Assembly (NCBI GenBank): GCA_902611635.1
Contig: CACMAB010000001.1
Coordinates: forward strand, 73,052-137,051
From: an uncultured Pelagibacteraceae bacterium
GTDB taxonomy: Bacteria; Pseudomonadota; Alphaproteobacteria; Pelagibacterales; Pelagibacteraceae
Reading direction: 5' to 3'
Length of the DNA: 64,000 bases
Below are positions 41,867 to 53,533 of the stretch, in pieces (within the stretch, counting starts at the first letter, position 1; each line of letters opens with the position of its first letter). A program made the translations under genes and the position numbers. Below the pieces are notes generated by a model that saw only the letters and a program-made list of their open reading frames with translations, was not told where the DNA came from and ran no database searches.

Positions 41867-42320
41867 TGTGCTTTCAGAAGAAAATTCTTGGTCAAAAAAG
41901 ATAAAAAAAAAAGAATTATTTTTTAATACAGTATGTAACAAGTTCCCAAAAAAATATAGATTTATCAACAAAAAAATCTATTTAACGCTGCTACTATCAA
42001 ATAATAAAACAATTAAAACTTTAAACAAAAAATTTAGAAATAGGGATAAACATACCGATGTACTTTCTTTTCCATTTAATAAAAAACAAAAAAAATTAAA
42101 AGAAAATTATCTTGGTGATATAATTATAAGTTTTAATTATATGAATAAGCCGAAAAATTTAGACAATTATGAATTTAAAATAAAAACAATAAAAATTTTT
42201 ATACATGGTTTTCTACATTTATTGGGTCATGATCATCAAAAAAGTAAAGAGTATAAAAAGATGTTAAATGAAGAAAAAAAAATTTTTAGATCTATAGAAA
42301 AAACTTCCATTTTAAATTGA
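41853..42320 (+). CDS. ybeY: rRNA maturation RNase YbeY
   Basis: TDVLSFP, LGDIII, HGFLHLLGHDH. Confidence 0.96.
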   Translation: MIKVNVLSEENSWSKKIKKKELFFNTVCNKFPKKYRFINKKIYLTLLLSNNKTIKTLNKKFRNRDKHTDVLSFPFNKKQKKLKENYLGDIIISFNYMNKPKNLDNYEFKIKTIKIFIHGFLHLLGHDHQKSKEYKKMLNEEKKIFRSIEKTSILN

Positions 42321-43855
42321 AAAAAAATTTTATATTTGAGACTTTATTGATAATTTTTTTAGGAAGCTTAACTTCCTTAAGTTTGCCTCCTTATAATTTT
42401 TTTTTTTTAAATTTTTTCACATTTAGTGTTTTCTTTATTTTTTTATTTAAGAGACTAAAACAAGGAATAAAAAAATCCTTTTATTACGGATGGTTGTTTG
42501 GTTTTAGTTATTTTTTATCCAGTCTGTATTGGTTAACTATATCCTTAAGTTTTGATCAAAGTTTTAATTTTTTAATACCTATATCTTTAATTGTCATCCC
42601 AGCATTTTTAGGCTTATTTTATGCATTATGCATTGCTTTTTTTTATCTATACAAACCGAAAAATATATTAAGTGCTTTTTTCCTATTTTCTCTTTTGTTT
42701 GGTTTAATAGAGTTTATTAGAGGAACAATTTTAACTGGGTTCCCTTGGAACTTGGTAATTTACAGTTTTTCTGAAATTAATAGTTTCCTAAGCATTTTGT
42801 CAATATTAGGAACTTATTCATTAAATCTTATAGTAGTAAGTTTTTTTACAGCTCCCGCCCTTTTCATATTTAGAAAATCTAAAAAAGAAGTGGTTGTGTG
42901 TATCTTTTTACTGCTATTACCTATCTCTTTTTATACATACGGAGAATTTTTAAAAAAAAATTTTTATAATAGTAAAGAGAAAGAACTTCCTTTTGCGGTT
43001 AGGGTAATTGGAGCAAATATAAGTTTAGATAGGTACTATAAAAACGTTAATGCGGAGAGTGTGATTAATGAGCTAATTTCAATTAGTTCACCCATTGAAG
43101 AAAAAAAGATATTTTTTGTATGGCCAGAGGGAATAATACCCAACACTTATGAAGATCAATTAGATTTATACAATGACATATTTGAAAAATATTTTAGTGA
43201 AAATCATTTAATCGGTTTAGGAATAACAAGCAGAAAGACTATGAACAATGATTACAATTATTACAATTCATTTTCAATATTTGATAGTAAAGTAAATTTA
43301 ATTGACAATTATAACAAAATTAAACTTGTACCTTTCGGTGAATTTGTTCCTATTGAAAATATTCTTAACAAATTCGGTTTAAAAACAATCACAAATAATA
43401 TTGGATCATTTGAAAAAGGTGTTAATAGAAAAATTATTAAAATCCAAGATGATCTTAAAAAAATAAATTTTTTGCCATTAATTTGTTATGAAATTATATA
43501 TAGTGGAAATTTAACTAAAGATTTCGATTTCGATTTTATATTGAATATTTCAGAAGATGGATGGTTTGGTAAATCTATTGGACCCAAACAACATTTTATC
43601 CACAGTAAATTTAGAGCAGTTGAAAATGGAAAGTACATAATTAGATCATCTAATAACGGGATGGCAGCAATTATAAATCCATTAGGTTATATTGAGAATA
43701 AAATAGATTATGGAGTTTCAGGTTACATTGATTTAGAAAGCATAAGAGATTTTAAACCAACATTGTTTTCTAAATATGGAAATAACATATTTTTCACATT
43801 AATTTTATTGTATATTGTTTTAACTTTTTCATTTAATAGGATCAAAAATGAGTAA
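42317..43855 (+). CDS. lnt: apolipoprotein N-acyltransferase
   Basis: GFPW, VWPE, KLVPFGE, ICYE catalytic motifs. Confidence 0.95.
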   Translation: MKKNFIFETLLIIFLGSLTSLSLPPYNFFFLNFFTFSVFFIFLFKRLKQGIKKSFYYGWLFGFSYFLSSLYWLTISLSFDQSFNFLIPISLIVIPAFLGLFYALCIAFFYLYKPKNILSAFFLFSLLFGLIEFIRGTILTGFPWNLVIYSFSEINSFLSILSILGTYSLNLIVVSFFTAPALFIFRKSKKEVVVCIFLLLLPISFYTYGEFLKKNFYNSKEKELPFAVRVIGANISLDRYYKNVNAESVINELISISSPIEEKKIFFVWPEGIIPNTYEDQLDLYNDIFEKYFSENHLIGLGITSRKTMNNDYNYYNSFSIFDSKVNLIDNYNKIKLVPFGEFVPIENILNKFGLKTITNNIGSFEKGVNRKIIKIQDDLKKINFLPLICYEIIYSGNLTKDFDFDFILNISEDGWFGKSIGPKQHFIHSKFRAVENGKYIIRSSNNGMAAIINPLGYIENKIDYGVSGYIDLESIRDFKPTLFSKYGNNIFFTLILLYIVLTFSFNRIKNE

Positions 43856-45017
43856 TTTAAAAAATTTTCTTTTTACAAGTGAGTCTGTTTCTGAGGGACA
43901 CCCAGATAAAGTGTCGGATAGGATATCTGACATGGTGGTAGACACTTACTTATCTAACGATCCATATTCAAGAGTTGCATGTGAAACTCTCACAACTACC
44001 AATAAAGTTGTATTAGCTGGTGAGGTTAGGGGACCAGAAATTAAAAAAGATGATTTAATCAATAAGGTAAGAGAATGCATTAAAGATATTGGATATGATC
44101 AAGATGGTTTTACCTGGAAAGAAGCTACAAAAATAGAAAGTCATCTTCATTCACAGTCAAGTGACATTGCCATGGGTGTAGACTCCTCGGGAAATAAAGA
44201 TGAGGGCGCAGGAGATCAAGGTATTATGTTTGGTTATGCCTGTAATGAAACTGATGTTTTAATGCCAGCACCAATTCATTTTTCTCATAAAATTTTAAGG
44301 TTAATGGCTGAAGATAGAAAATCAGGTAAATTAAAAAATATAGAACCAGACTCTAAAAGTCAGGTAACTTTTGAATATGAAAATGGTAAACCATCAAAAG
44401 TTAAATCAGTTGTAATATCTTCTCAGCATACCGCAAATGTTAATCAAGAACAGGTAAGGGAATTATTGAGACCATATTTGATTAATTCTATACCAAAAAA
44501 TTTTCTAGAGGATTTTAATGAGAATGAATTTTATGTTAACCCAACTGGAAATTTTGTAATAGGTGGTCCTGATGGAGATTGTGGTTTAACGGGCAGAAAG
44601 ATTATTGTAGATACTTATGGTGGTGCCGCGCCACATGGTGGAGGTGCTTTCTCGGGAAAAGATCCAACCAAAGTAGATAGGTCTGCAGCTTATGCAGCAA
44701 GATATATTGCCAAAAATGTTGTTGCATCGAAAATTGCTGATAAATGTTTGATACAATTGGCTTATGCAATTGGGGTTTCAAAACCATTATCTATTTATGT
44801 AAATCTTTTTGATAATGATTTAGATAAAAATAAATTTGTTGAAGATAAGATTAAAGAAAGTTTTGATCTTAGCCCAAGAGGAATAAGAGAGATGTTGGGG
44901 CTTAATAAACCTATATATGAAAAAACATCTGCATATGGGCATTTTGGAAGAGAACCAGATAAAGAAGGTGCTTTTTCTTGGGAAAATACCAACAAATCTG
45001 ACATTTTCTTAAAATAG
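43848..45017 (+). CDS. metK: S-adenosylmethionine synthetase
   Basis: [33 protein letters not shown]. Confidence 0.99.
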   Translation: MSNLKNFLFTSESVSEGHPDKVSDRISDMVVDTYLSNDPYSRVACETLTTTNKVVLAGEVRGPEIKKDDLINKVRECIKDIGYDQDGFTWKEATKIESHLHSQSSDIAMGVDSSGNKDEGAGDQGIMFGYACNETDVLMPAPIHFSHKILRLMAEDRKSGKLKNIEPDSKSQVTFEYENGKPSKVKSVVISSQHTANVNQEQVRELLRPYLINSIPKNFLEDFNENEFYVNPTGNFVIGGPDGDCGLTGRKIIVDTYGGAAPHGGGAFSGKDPTKVDRSAAYAARYIAKNVVASKIADKCLIQLAYAIGVSKPLSIYVNLFDNDLDKNKFVEDKIKESFDLSPRGIREMLGLNKPIYEKTSAYGHFGREPDKEGAFSWENTNKSDIFLK

Positions 45018-45074
45018 TTTTTATTGAAAAATAAAAAAAAACTTTTATATATTCATTTACATTGTTGAATTATC

Positions 45075-45101
45075 AAAATGGGCTTTGGCCCATTTTTTTT
45101 T
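45075..45101 (+). terminator. leader terminator/attenuator upstream of nusA
   Basis: AAAATGGGC-TTTG-GCCCATTTT hairpin with T-run, immediately followed by GGAG RBS and ATG 45117. Confidence 0.75.
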
Positions 45102-45116
45102 GGAGAAAACAAAATT

Positions 45117-46670
45117 ATGCTAAATAAAAGAGCAGATAAACTTGAACTATTAAGAATTGCAGAAGCAGTAGCTTTAGAAAAATCGATTGATAAAGATCTT
45201 ATAATTAGTTCGATGGAAACTGGGATTGCTAAAGCAGCAAAATCTAAATTTGGCCAGGATAATGAGATTAAGGTCGTTATTAATAGAGATAACGGCGATA
45301 TTGAAATTTTTAGAAAATTGATAGTTACAGAAAATCCAGAAAATACAAACACTGAGATCAAATTAGAGGATGCAATTATATTGAATGAGACTAATAAAGA
45401 CAAAGTGATTGGAGACGAAGTTTTGCAACCATTACCCTCATTTGATTTTGGAAGAATAGCTGCTCAAACGGCTAAACAAGTAATTAATTTTAATGTCAGA
45501 GAAGCAGAGCGAGAAAGACAATTTAATGATTTTATTGATAAAAAAGACTCAATATTAAGCGGAATAGTGAAAAGATTAGAGTTTGGAAATGTGATCGTAG
45601 ATCTTGGAAGAACAGAAGCAATAATTCAAAAAAATGAAATTATACCAAGAGAAAATATTAAAGCCGGAGATAGAATTAAAGCTTATTGTTTCGATGTAAG
45701 AAGAGAGCCTCGTGGTCAACAAATTTTTTTATCAAGAGCTCACCCAAAGTTTATGGAAAAACTTTTCGTTCAAGAAGTTCCTGAAATTTATGATGGTCTA
45801 ATTGAAATTAAATCATCTTCTAGAGATCCAGGAAGTAGAGCAAAAATTTGTGTTAAAGCAGTTGATACATCACTCGATCCAGTTGGAGCATGTGTAGGAA
45901 TGAGAGGATCTAGAGTTCAAGCAGTTGTAAATGAATTACAAGGTGAAAAAATTGATATTGTAAATTGGTCAGAGGATCCAGCAATATTAGTATCTAATGC
46001 TTTATCCCCAGCCGAAGTTCAAAGAGTAAATGTAGATTTAGAAAGAAAAAAATTAGATGTGATTCTTACTGAGGAAAATTTAAGTAAAGCTATCGGGAGA
46101 AGAGGACAAAATGTTAGGCTTGCTACAAAATTATTGAATTTTGAGATAAATATTATGACAGATGCAGAGGATTCGGAAAGAAGACAATTAGAGTTTAAGG
46201 AGAAAACAGAAAATTTTGTTAAGAATTTAGAGCTAGATGAAACACTTGGACAACTTCTTGTGGCCGAGGGTTATTCCACCATTGATGATATAAAAGATAG
46301 TTCGGCAGAAAATTTATTAAAAATTGAAGGTATAGAGGATGAAACTGCAAAAGCTCTTATAGAAAGAGCAAAAGAATTTCACCAAAAAGATCAAGAAGAT
46401 ATTTCTGAAAGGATTAAAGAATTAGGTTTAGATGATGGACTAATTAATTTAAAAGGGTTAACTCCTGGAATGTTGGTCACATTAGGTGATCAAAAAATCC
46501 TTACACTACAAGATTTTGCTGATTTAGCATCAGATGAGTTAACTGGTGGATATGATGTGGTGAAAGGTGAAAGAGTAAAGATTCAGGGTTACTTGGAAGA
46601 TTTTGCGTTATCAAAAGAAGAAGCAGATGAACTCATTATGTCTGCAAGAAAAATTATTTATGAAGATTGA
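45117..46670 (+). CDS. nusA: transcription termination/antitermination factor NusA
   Basis: FGRIAAQTAKQ, S1/KH domains, DPVGACVGMRG, AIGRRGQNVRLA; start placed at the RBS-preceded ATG 45117. Confidence 0.98.
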   Translation: MLNKRADKLELLRIAEAVALEKSIDKDLIISSMETGIAKAAKSKFGQDNEIKVVINRDNGDIEIFRKLIVTENPENTNTEIKLEDAIILNETNKDKVIGDEVLQPLPSFDFGRIAAQTAKQVINFNVREAERERQFNDFIDKKDSILSGIVKRLEFGNVIVDLGRTEAIIQKNEIIPRENIKAGDRIKAYCFDVRREPRGQQIFLSRAHPKFMEKLFVQEVPEIYDGLIEIKSSSRDPGSRAKICVKAVDTSLDPVGACVGMRGSRVQAVVNELQGEKIDIVNWSEDPAILVSNALSPAEVQRVNVDLERKKLDVILTEENLSKAIGRRGQNVRLATKLLNFEINIMTDAEDSERRQLEFKEKTENFVKNLELDETLGQLLVAEGYSTIDDIKDSSAENLLKIEGIEDETAKALIERAKEFHQKDQEDISERIKELGLDDGLINLKGLTPGMLVTLGDQKILTLQDFADLASDELTGGYDVVKGERVKIQGYLEDFALSKEEADELIMSARKIIYED

Positions 46671-46680
46671 GAGATGAGCT

Positions 46681-48903
46681 ATGGAAAAAAAAACAAAATT
46701 AACAATATCAGGTGGCATAGCCAAAAAGTCTATCAAAAATATAGATAAAGCAAAAAATCTTGGAAAAAATTCTGTAATAATAGAAAAACAAACTGGTAAA
46801 TTTACTAGTAGAGGTGGTTCATTTAAGTCAAACCTATCTAAGACCAAAAATAATTTTACAAGCAATAAAGGAACCTTTGGTAAACCGAATTACATCCCTA
46901 AATCACCGCCTTTAACGAGTGATTTTGAAAGACGTAAATTAGCTGAGCAAAGAGCTACTAAAAGACTTAAAGAGGAAAATGATAATAAGAATAAAAAATC
47001 AATAAAATCTAATTCAAAAAAAAGAGAGTTAAAATTAACAGTCTCTAGAGCTTTGAGTGATCAAATTGAAGCTAGAGAACGAAGTTTAGCTTCTGTTAAA
47101 AGGGCAAGACAAAAAGAAAATAGAAGTCTGACCAAAGAGGAAGTTCAAGAAAATTTAAAGCCTATTAAGAGAGATGTAAACATCCCAGAGGTAATCACTG
47201 TTAGAGAACTTGCAAATAGAATGGCAGAACAATCAAGTAATATAATTAAGCATATGTTTGGGATGGGAGTGACAGTAACAATAAACCAAAATCTAGCAGC
47301 TGATACTGCAGAATATTTAGTTAAAGAATTTGGTCATAACCCAATTCGAGAAGAAAAAGCAGAGGAGATTATCCAGAAAATAAAAGCCTCAAGGACTGAA
47401 AATTTAAAGAATAGACCACCAATAATCACAGTTATGGGCCATGTGGATCATGGTAAAACTTCAGTTCTAGACGTCTTGAGAAGTGCAAATGTAGTATCAG
47501 GGGAGTTTGGTGGAATTACCCAACACATTGGCGCTTATCAAATAGACCATCAGTCAAATAAATTAACCTTTATCGATACACCAGGCCATGCAGCTTTTAC
47601 TGAAATGAGAGCAAGAGGATCAAAGCTAACAGATATTGTTGTTTTAGTTGTTGCGGCTGATGATGGTGTTAAACCTCAAACTATTGAGTCAATAAAACAT
47701 GCAAAGGCTGCAAACGTACCAATAGTTGTAGCAATTAATAAATGTGATTTACCCGAGGCTGATCCTCAAAAAATTAAAAATCAATTACTTGAGCATGAAT
47801 TAATAGCTGAAGATTTATCAGGAGACACTTTGATGGTAGAGATATCAGCAAAAACTAAATTAAACTTAGATAAACTTATTGATGCGATTATTCTTCAGGC
47901 TGAAATTCTAGATCTTAAAACTGATTTTGAGTCAAAAGCTACGGGGGTTGTTTTAGAGTCGAAAATTGACACTGGAAGAGGACCAGTTGCAACAATAATT
48001 ATAACAACTGGAACTTTAAAAAAAGGAGATTTTTTTGTAAGTGGTCTTAAATGGGGAAAAATCCGAGCCATTATTAACGATAAAGGTAAAAATATTAATG
48101 AAGCTCTGCCATCTTCTCCAATAGAAATACTTGGAATAAATGGTGCTGCAAGAGCTGGGGATGATTTTATAGTTTTAGAAAATGAGAAAGAGGCTAAAAC
48201 TTTGAGCGAAAATAGAGCTCAAGAGAGCAAAGATGGTAAAAATCCTCTGACATTTGCCACTCAAGAGTCTGCCTTTACTAATAAGTCTACTGAAGAATTG
48301 AATCTTATAATTAAGTCTGATGTTCACGGATCCTCAGAGGCAATAAAAAATGCTGTGAGTCAAATTAAGCACGATGAGGTAAAACTAAAAATAATTTTGG
48401 CAGACATTGGAATGGTTACGGAGACCGATGTGACTTTGGCAAAAGCTTCAAATGCAGTTTTGATAGCATTTAATGTAAAGCCAAGCAAAGAAGCTAAAAA
48501 ACTTGCTGAAAATGAAAAGATAAATATTTCATCATACAATATAATTTATGAAGTTTTGGATTTTGTAAAAAAAAGAATGTCTGGATTATTAACTCCTGAT
48601 ATAGAGGAGAAAGTAATTGGGACTGCACAAATTTTAGAAATTTTCAAAGTTTCAGGGGCTGGTAAAGTTGCTGGTTCTAAAGTAACTGATGGAGAAATTA
48701 ACAGCAATTCAGATGTAAGAGTAATTAGAGATGGTTCAATAGTTTTTACAGGAAAAGTCGGAAGTTTGTTTAGAGAAAAAAACCAAGTAAAACAGGTTAA
48801 CAATGGTCAAGAATGTGGAATTGCACTCAAAGATTATATGGATTTTAAAAAAAATGATACAATAGAGGCTTTTAGTGTTACATCTAAAGAGAGGACAATT
48901 TAA
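46681..48903 (+). CDS. infB: translation initiation factor IF-2
   Basis: [31 protein letters not shown]. Confidence 0.99.
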   Translation: MEKKTKLTISGGIAKKSIKNIDKAKNLGKNSVIIEKQTGKFTSRGGSFKSNLSKTKNNFTSNKGTFGKPNYIPKSPPLTSDFERRKLAEQRATKRLKEENDNKNKKSIKSNSKKRELKLTVSRALSDQIEARERSLASVKRARQKENRSLTKEEVQENLKPIKRDVNIPEVITVRELANRMAEQSSNIIKHMFGMGVTVTINQNLAADTAEYLVKEFGHNPIREEKAEEIIQKIKASRTENLKNRPPIITVMGHVDHGKTSVLDVLRSANVVSGEFGGITQHIGAYQIDHQSNKLTFIDTPGHAAFTEMRARGSKLTDIVVLVVAADDGVKPQTIESIKHAKAANVPIVVAINKCDLPEADPQKIKNQLLEHELIAEDLSGDTLMVEISAKTKLNLDKLIDAIILQAEILDLKTDFESKATGVVLESKIDTGRGPVATIIITTGTLKKGDFFVSGLKWGKIRAIINDKGKNINEALPSSPIEILGINGAARAGDDFIVLENEKEAKTLSENRAQESKDGKNPLTFATQESAFTNKSTEELNLIIKSDVHGSSEAIKNAVSQIKHDEVKLKIILADIGMVTETDVTLAKASNAVLIAFNVKPSKEAKKLAENEKINISSYNIIYEVLDFVKKRMSGLLTPDIEEKVIGTAQILEIFKVSGAGKVAGSKVTDGEINSNSDVRVIRDGSIVFTGKVGSLFREKNQVKQVNNGQECGIALKDYMDFKKNDTIEAFSVTSKERTI

Positions 48904-49271
48904 TGGCAGATAGAATAGGTAAACCAATTTCACAGAGACAATTAAGGGTGGGTGAAATGATTAAACAATCTTTAAGCATGATTTTTATAAGAAATGAGGC
49001 TAAAGTTCCAAATTTAGAGACAAATACTATAACAGTTACTGAAGTGAGAATGAGTCAAGATTTGAAAATAGCCAAAGCATATGTACTTCCTCTCGGAGGA
49101 AAAAATGCAGAGGAAACTGTTAATACTTTGAAAGAATACTCATTTTTAATTAGAAAAATTTTATCTCAAAAAGTAGTGATGAAATTTTTACCAAAATTAC
49201 TTTTTAGAAAAGATGAATCTTTTGAGTATGCTGAAAAAATAGAGAATTTAATTAAACAAACAAATAAATAG
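48903..49271 (+). CDS. rbfA: ribosome-binding factor A
   Basis: QRQLRVGE, ITVTEVRMSQDL, PKLLFRKD; downstream of infB. Confidence 0.95.
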   Translation: MADRIGKPISQRQLRVGEMIKQSLSMIFIRNEAKVPNLETNTITVTEVRMSQDLKIAKAYVLPLGGKNAEETVNTLKEYSFLIRKILSQKVVMKFLPKLLFRKDESFEYAEKIENLIKQTNK

Positions 49272-49283
49272 GAAAAAGGAAGT

Positions 49284-49532
49284 ATGAACAAAAAAGCTCA
49301 AGAGTTAGCAATGCATGAAAAAGACACTGGATCGTCAGAAATCCAAATTGCTTTGTTAACAGAAAAAATTGAAACGCTCTCAAAACATATAAAACAATTC
49401 AAAAAAGATAAACATTCATCTGTTGGATTACTGAGGGCGGTCAATAGAAGAAAAAAATTGTTAGATTATCTTAAAAGAAATAAGGTAGATTCTTACAAGA
49501 ATGTCCTGTCGAAATTGAATTTGAGAAAATAA
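49284..49532 (+). CDS. rpsO: 30S ribosomal protein S15
   Basis: DTGSSEIQIALLT, KDKHS, RRKKLLDYL. Confidence 0.97.
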   Translation: MNKKAQELAMHEKDTGSSEIQIALLTEKIETLSKHIKQFKKDKHSSVGLLRAVNRRKKLLDYLKRNKVDSYKNVLSKLNLRK

Positions 49533-49592
49533 GAGTCAAGATAGATAGAACGAGATGGAACGAAACGAACGAAATGAAATGGAAATGAAATG
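49533..49592 (+). repeat. purine-rich degenerate GAA(A)(C/T) repeat forming the rpsO-pnp spacer
   Basis: GAAC GAGATG GAAC GAAAC GAAC GAAAT GAAAT GGAAAT GAAAT G, ending in the pnp ATG. Confidence 0.7.
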
Positions 49593-51662
49593 TTTAAAGT
49601 ATACAAGAAGGAAGTTGAAGTAGCAGGTAAGAAGATTAGTTTAGAAACAGGTAAAGTAGCAAGACAGGCAGACGGAGCAATCATCGCAACATGTGGGGAG
49701 ACAGTCGTTTTAGCAACAGTCGTTGGAGCAAAAAAAGTTAATCCAGATATGGATTACTTTCCATTATCTGTAAATTATCAGGAAAAATATTATGCAGCAG
49801 GAAAAATTCCTGGTGGATATTTTAAAAGAGAAGCAAGACCAACTGAGAGTGAGACATTAATCTCAAGATTAATTGATAGACCGATCAGACCATTGTTTCC
49901 TGATGAATTTAAAAATGAAGTTCAGTTGTTACCAACTGTAATTTCTTATGATAAAGAAAATGAAGCAGATATTTTGTCAATTATTGCATCCTCTGCAGCT
50001 TTAGCTATATCAGGAATGCCATTCTTGGGTCCTGTTGGAGCTTCTAGAGTTGGATACATCGACGGCAAATATATTTTGAATCCGTCAAAAACTGAACTTG
50101 AAAAATCAAAATTGGATTTAGTTGTCGCTGGTACTAAAGATGCTGTGCTTATGGTTGAGTCTGAAGCGAGCGGGTTAACAGAGGAGGAAATGTTAAATGC
50201 AGTAAAATTTGGTCACGAAGGATTTGTTCCAGTGATTAAAATGATAGAGGAACTGGCTAAAGAATGTAGAAAACCAGAGTGGACTGTTGAAAAGAAGGAT
50301 TTATCTGATGTAAAGAAAAAACTAGAAGAAACTTTTACTGCAGATCTTAAAAAAGCATTTGCGACAAGAGACAAACAAGACAGATCAAATCAAATTTCAG
50401 AAATTACTGATAAGGCAAAAAAACTTTATGAGGAAGATGAAAACTACACAGATCTTGATGTAAACTCTGAACTAAAAAATCTTGAAAAAACAATTGTCAG
50501 ATCAGATATTTTAAAAAATAAAAATAGAATTGATGGTAGAGGTTTGTCTGATGTAAGGCCAATCTCATGTGAGGTTGGTGTTTTGCCAAGAACTCATGGC
50601 TCTGCTTTGTTTACCAGAGGCGAAACGCAAGCAATCGTAACTGCCACTTTAGGCACATCTGACGATGAACAGAGAATTGAGAGCTTAGATGGATTACAAA
50701 GAGAAAGGTTTATGCTTCATTACAATTTTCCTCCTTTTTCAGTTGGAGAAACAGGAAGAATAGGAACTGGTAGAAGAGAAATAGGACATGGTAAATTAGC
50801 ATGGAGAGCTATTCACTCTTCATTACCGTCGAAAGAAGCATTTCCTTATACTTTTAGAGTAGTATCAGAAATCACAGAGTCCAATGGTTCATCATCAATG
50901 GCTACAGTTTGTGGAACATCACTTGCACTAATGGATGCGGGAGTGCCAATAAAAGAACCTGTTGCAGGTATAGCAATGGGTCTAATTAAAGAGGGTAATG
51001 ATTTTAGCGTGTTATCAGATATTTTAGGTGATGAGGATCATTTAGGTGATATGGATTTCAAAGTTGCTGGAACAAAAGATGGAATTACTTCACTACAAAT
51101 GGATATTAAAATTACTGGTATTACTTTTGAAATTATGGAGCAAGCATTAAGCCAAGCTAAAGATGGAAGAGTTCATATTTTAGGTGAAATGAATAAAGCA
51201 TTATCAGCATCAAGATCTGATGTTGGAAAACATACTCCAAAAATGGAAAAAATTAATGTTGATAAGAAAGAGATTGCTGCTGTTATTGGAAAAGGTGGTG
51301 CAACAATCAGGGAGATTGTTGAAAAATCAGGCGCTAAAGTCGATGTAAATGACGAGGGAGTCGTAACAGTTGCAGCTCCGGATGAGGAGTCTAGAAACAT
51401 TGCTATGCAAATGATTAAAGACATCACCGCCAAAGCTGAACTCAATAAAATTTATTCAGGTAAAGTTATGAAGATTATGGAATTTGGTGCATTTGTAAAT
51501 TTTTTAGGAAAACAAGATGGACTTGTTCATATTTCAGAACTTGCAGATAAAAGAGTAGCTAAAGTTACTGATGTAGTGAAAGAAGGTGACGAGGTAAAAG
51601 TTAAAGTTATTGGTTTCGATAGAGGAAAAGTAAAACTTTCGATGAAACAAGCTTCAGAGTAA
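49590..51662 (+). CDS. pnp: polyribonucleotide nucleotidyltransferase
   Basis: [37 protein letters not shown] and S1 domains. Confidence 0.99.
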   Translation: MFKVYKKEVEVAGKKISLETGKVARQADGAIIATCGETVVLATVVGAKKVNPDMDYFPLSVNYQEKYYAAGKIPGGYFKREARPTESETLISRLIDRPIRPLFPDEFKNEVQLLPTVISYDKENEADILSIIASSAALAISGMPFLGPVGASRVGYIDGKYILNPSKTELEKSKLDLVVAGTKDAVLMVESEASGLTEEEMLNAVKFGHEGFVPVIKMIEELAKECRKPEWTVEKKDLSDVKKKLEETFTADLKKAFATRDKQDRSNQISEITDKAKKLYEEDENYTDLDVNSELKNLEKTIVRSDILKNKNRIDGRGLSDVRPISCEVGVLPRTHGSALFTRGETQAIVTATLGTSDDEQRIESLDGLQRERFMLHYNFPPFSVGETGRIGTGRREIGHGKLAWRAIHSSLPSKEAFPYTFRVVSEITESNGSSSMATVCGTSLALMDAGVPIKEPVAGIAMGLIKEGNDFSVLSDILGDEDHLGDMDFKVAGTKDGITSLQMDIKITGITFEIMEQALSQAKDGRVHILGEMNKALSASRSDVGKHTPKMEKINVDKKEIAAVIGKGGATIREIVEKSGAKVDVNDEGVVTVAAPDEESRNIAMQMIKDITAKAELNKIYSGKVMKIMEFGAFVNFLGKQDGLVHISELADKRVAKVTDVVKEGDEVKVKVIGFDRGKVKLSMKQASE

Positions 51663-51705
51663 ATTATTTACGATATATTGGGGCATAGATTGAGATTTAA
51701 GCTTT

Positions 51706-52710
51706 ATGTTAATTGACGAATTAATAAGAGACGAAAAAAAAAATAATAAATCTCTTTATTCATCTGGACCATACTGGGACTATAAAAATTCAAGAGCTAT
51801 ATTAGAAATTCAAAAAAAGGGCATACAAGATTTTAGAGGATTGACAGCAGGTATTGGGACATCTTTTTCTGACAATGAAGTTTTAGATGTTAGAAACGAG
51901 TATAATATCAAAGGGAGGATTGTTGGAAAAATATTCTCTTTACCGCTTTTAAATATTATTTTTAATTCTCAATTAAAACTTACAAAAAGGTATATTCATT
52001 CGTATTTACTAAATAAATCACTTGTTTACGAGAATGATAGAAATGTTCATGATTTGTTAAAAAAATATAAATTTGAGAATACAACTGAATTTGGATGTAT
52101 TTCCTCATTTAAGTATTTGAATAAAAAGTATTCTTGCCACTATTTAGAGATGGCAGATAGAATTAGTAAATTATCAAAACAATTCAATTTTAATGATATA
52201 TCTAGTCTTTTTGAAATAGGTGGAGGTTTTGGAGCAAATATTCATTTTCTAATTACAAATTTCCCAAATATAAAAAAAATTTTATATTTAGATGTTGTTC
52301 CTAATATTTATGTGGGGACAGAATATTTAAGAAGATTCTATAAGGATAATATAAAAGATTATTCAGATCTTAAAAATTTAGATACAATCTCTTTCTCTAA
52401 AAATAATGAATTAGAGATTTTATGTATTCCTCCATGGTTAATTGAAAAAGTAGACGCTAACATAGATCATTTTCATAATGCTGCGAGTTTTGTCGAAATG
52501 CCGAAGAACATAGTCGAGAATTATGTCAAATTTATACGTAAATTTAAAACAAAAGAAATTTCATTAATTTCTTATGATAGGTTCGATTCAAATACTACTT
52601 TTAATCCAGAGGAGTTAAATATCTTTTTTAATAATGAATTAAAAATTTCACGGAAAAATACTTTAATTGAAGGATATAATAGAAAGCTAATTTATTTAAC
52701 TTCTAAATAA
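51706..52710 (+). CDS. putative sugar O-methyltransferase (class I SAM-dependent)
   Basis: FEIGGGFG motif I, LDV, FHNAASFVEMP; single gene between pnp and fabI. Confidence 0.65.
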   Translation: MLIDELIRDEKKNNKSLYSSGPYWDYKNSRAILEIQKKGIQDFRGLTAGIGTSFSDNEVLDVRNEYNIKGRIVGKIFSLPLLNIIFNSQLKLTKRYIHSYLLNKSLVYENDRNVHDLLKKYKFENTTEFGCISSFKYLNKKYSCHYLEMADRISKLSKQFNFNDISSLFEIGGGFGANIHFLITNFPNIKKILYLDVVPNIYVGTEYLRRFYKDNIKDYSDLKNLDTISFSKNNELEILCIPPWLIEKVDANIDHFHNAASFVEMPKNIVENYVKFIRKFKTKEISLISYDRFDSNTTFNPEELNIFFNNELKISRKNTLIEGYNRKLIYLTSK

Positions 52711-52745
52711 TTTTGATTTTTTGTTTCTTTAAGATATAAAAAAAA

Positions 52746-53531
52746 TTAAGTAATATTCCTAGGATCAGGCATTCCAACTTTGTTATATCCAGCATCTACG
52801 TAGTGAATTTCACCAGTGACACCGTTTGCAAGATCACTTAATAGATATAATGCTGAATTTCCAACATCATGGATATCTACATTTCTTTTAAGGAAAGAAT
52901 GATCTTCATTCCATTTATATAAGAATTTTGCATCTCCTATAGCTGAAGCCGCCAAAGTTTTAATAGGCCCAGCACTTATAGCATTTACTCTCATACCTTT
53001 ACTACCTAGATCTCTAGCGAGGTATTTTACACTAGCCTCTAAAGCTGATTTACAAACACCCATTACATTGTAATTTGGAATAGCTTTGGTTGACTCGTAA
53101 GTTAAAGTTAGCATACTACCTCCTTTCTTCATTACTTTAGATGCTTCTTTTGCAACTTCAGTAAAAGAGAAACACGATATTAACATACTTCTTAAAAAAT
53201 TTTCTCTAGTGGTATTTAAATACTCGCCTGATAGTTCTGATTTATCTGAAAAAGCAACTGCGTGAACTACAAAATCTATTTCATTCCATTTTGATTTTAT
53301 ATCCTCAAATAATTTTATTACGTCTTCTTTTTTTTCAACATCACAACTAAAAGTTATATTTGAGTTTAATTTTTCCGCCAAGGGAACTACTCTTTTTTTT
53401 AAAGCATCTCCTAAATACGTAAATGCTAGATCAGCTCCTGCTTCAGATAGTTTTTGAGAAATACCCCAAGCGATAGATCTCTCATTTGCAACACCCATTA
53501 TCAATCCTTTTTTACCTTTCATTAAACTCAT
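52746..53531 (-). CDS. fabI: enoyl-ACP reductase FabI
   Basis: GVANERSIAWG, YNVMGVCK, ISAGPIKTLA. Confidence 0.97.
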   Translation of the reverse strand: MSLMKGKKGLIMGVANERSIAWGISQKLSEAGADLAFTYLGDALKKRVVPLAEKLNSNITFSCDVEKKEDVIKLFEDIKSKWNEIDFVVHAVAFSDKSELSGEYLNTTRENFLRSMLISCFSFTEVAKEASKVMKKGGSMLTLTYESTKAIPNYNVMGVCKSALEASVKYLARDLGSKGMRVNAISAGPIKTLAASAIGDAKFLYKWNEDHSFLKRNVDIHDVGNSALYLLSDLANGVTGEIHYVDAGYNKVGMPDPRNIT

Positions 53532-53533
53532 AA

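Noticed and set aside
43800-43850. Possible SAM riboswitch before metK
   Set aside because: lnt overlaps the metK start; no leader space or recognisable aptamer
45078-45116. NusA N-terminal extension MGFGPFFFGENKI
   Set aside because: It is the translation of the terminator hairpin; the GGAG RBS supports ATG 45117
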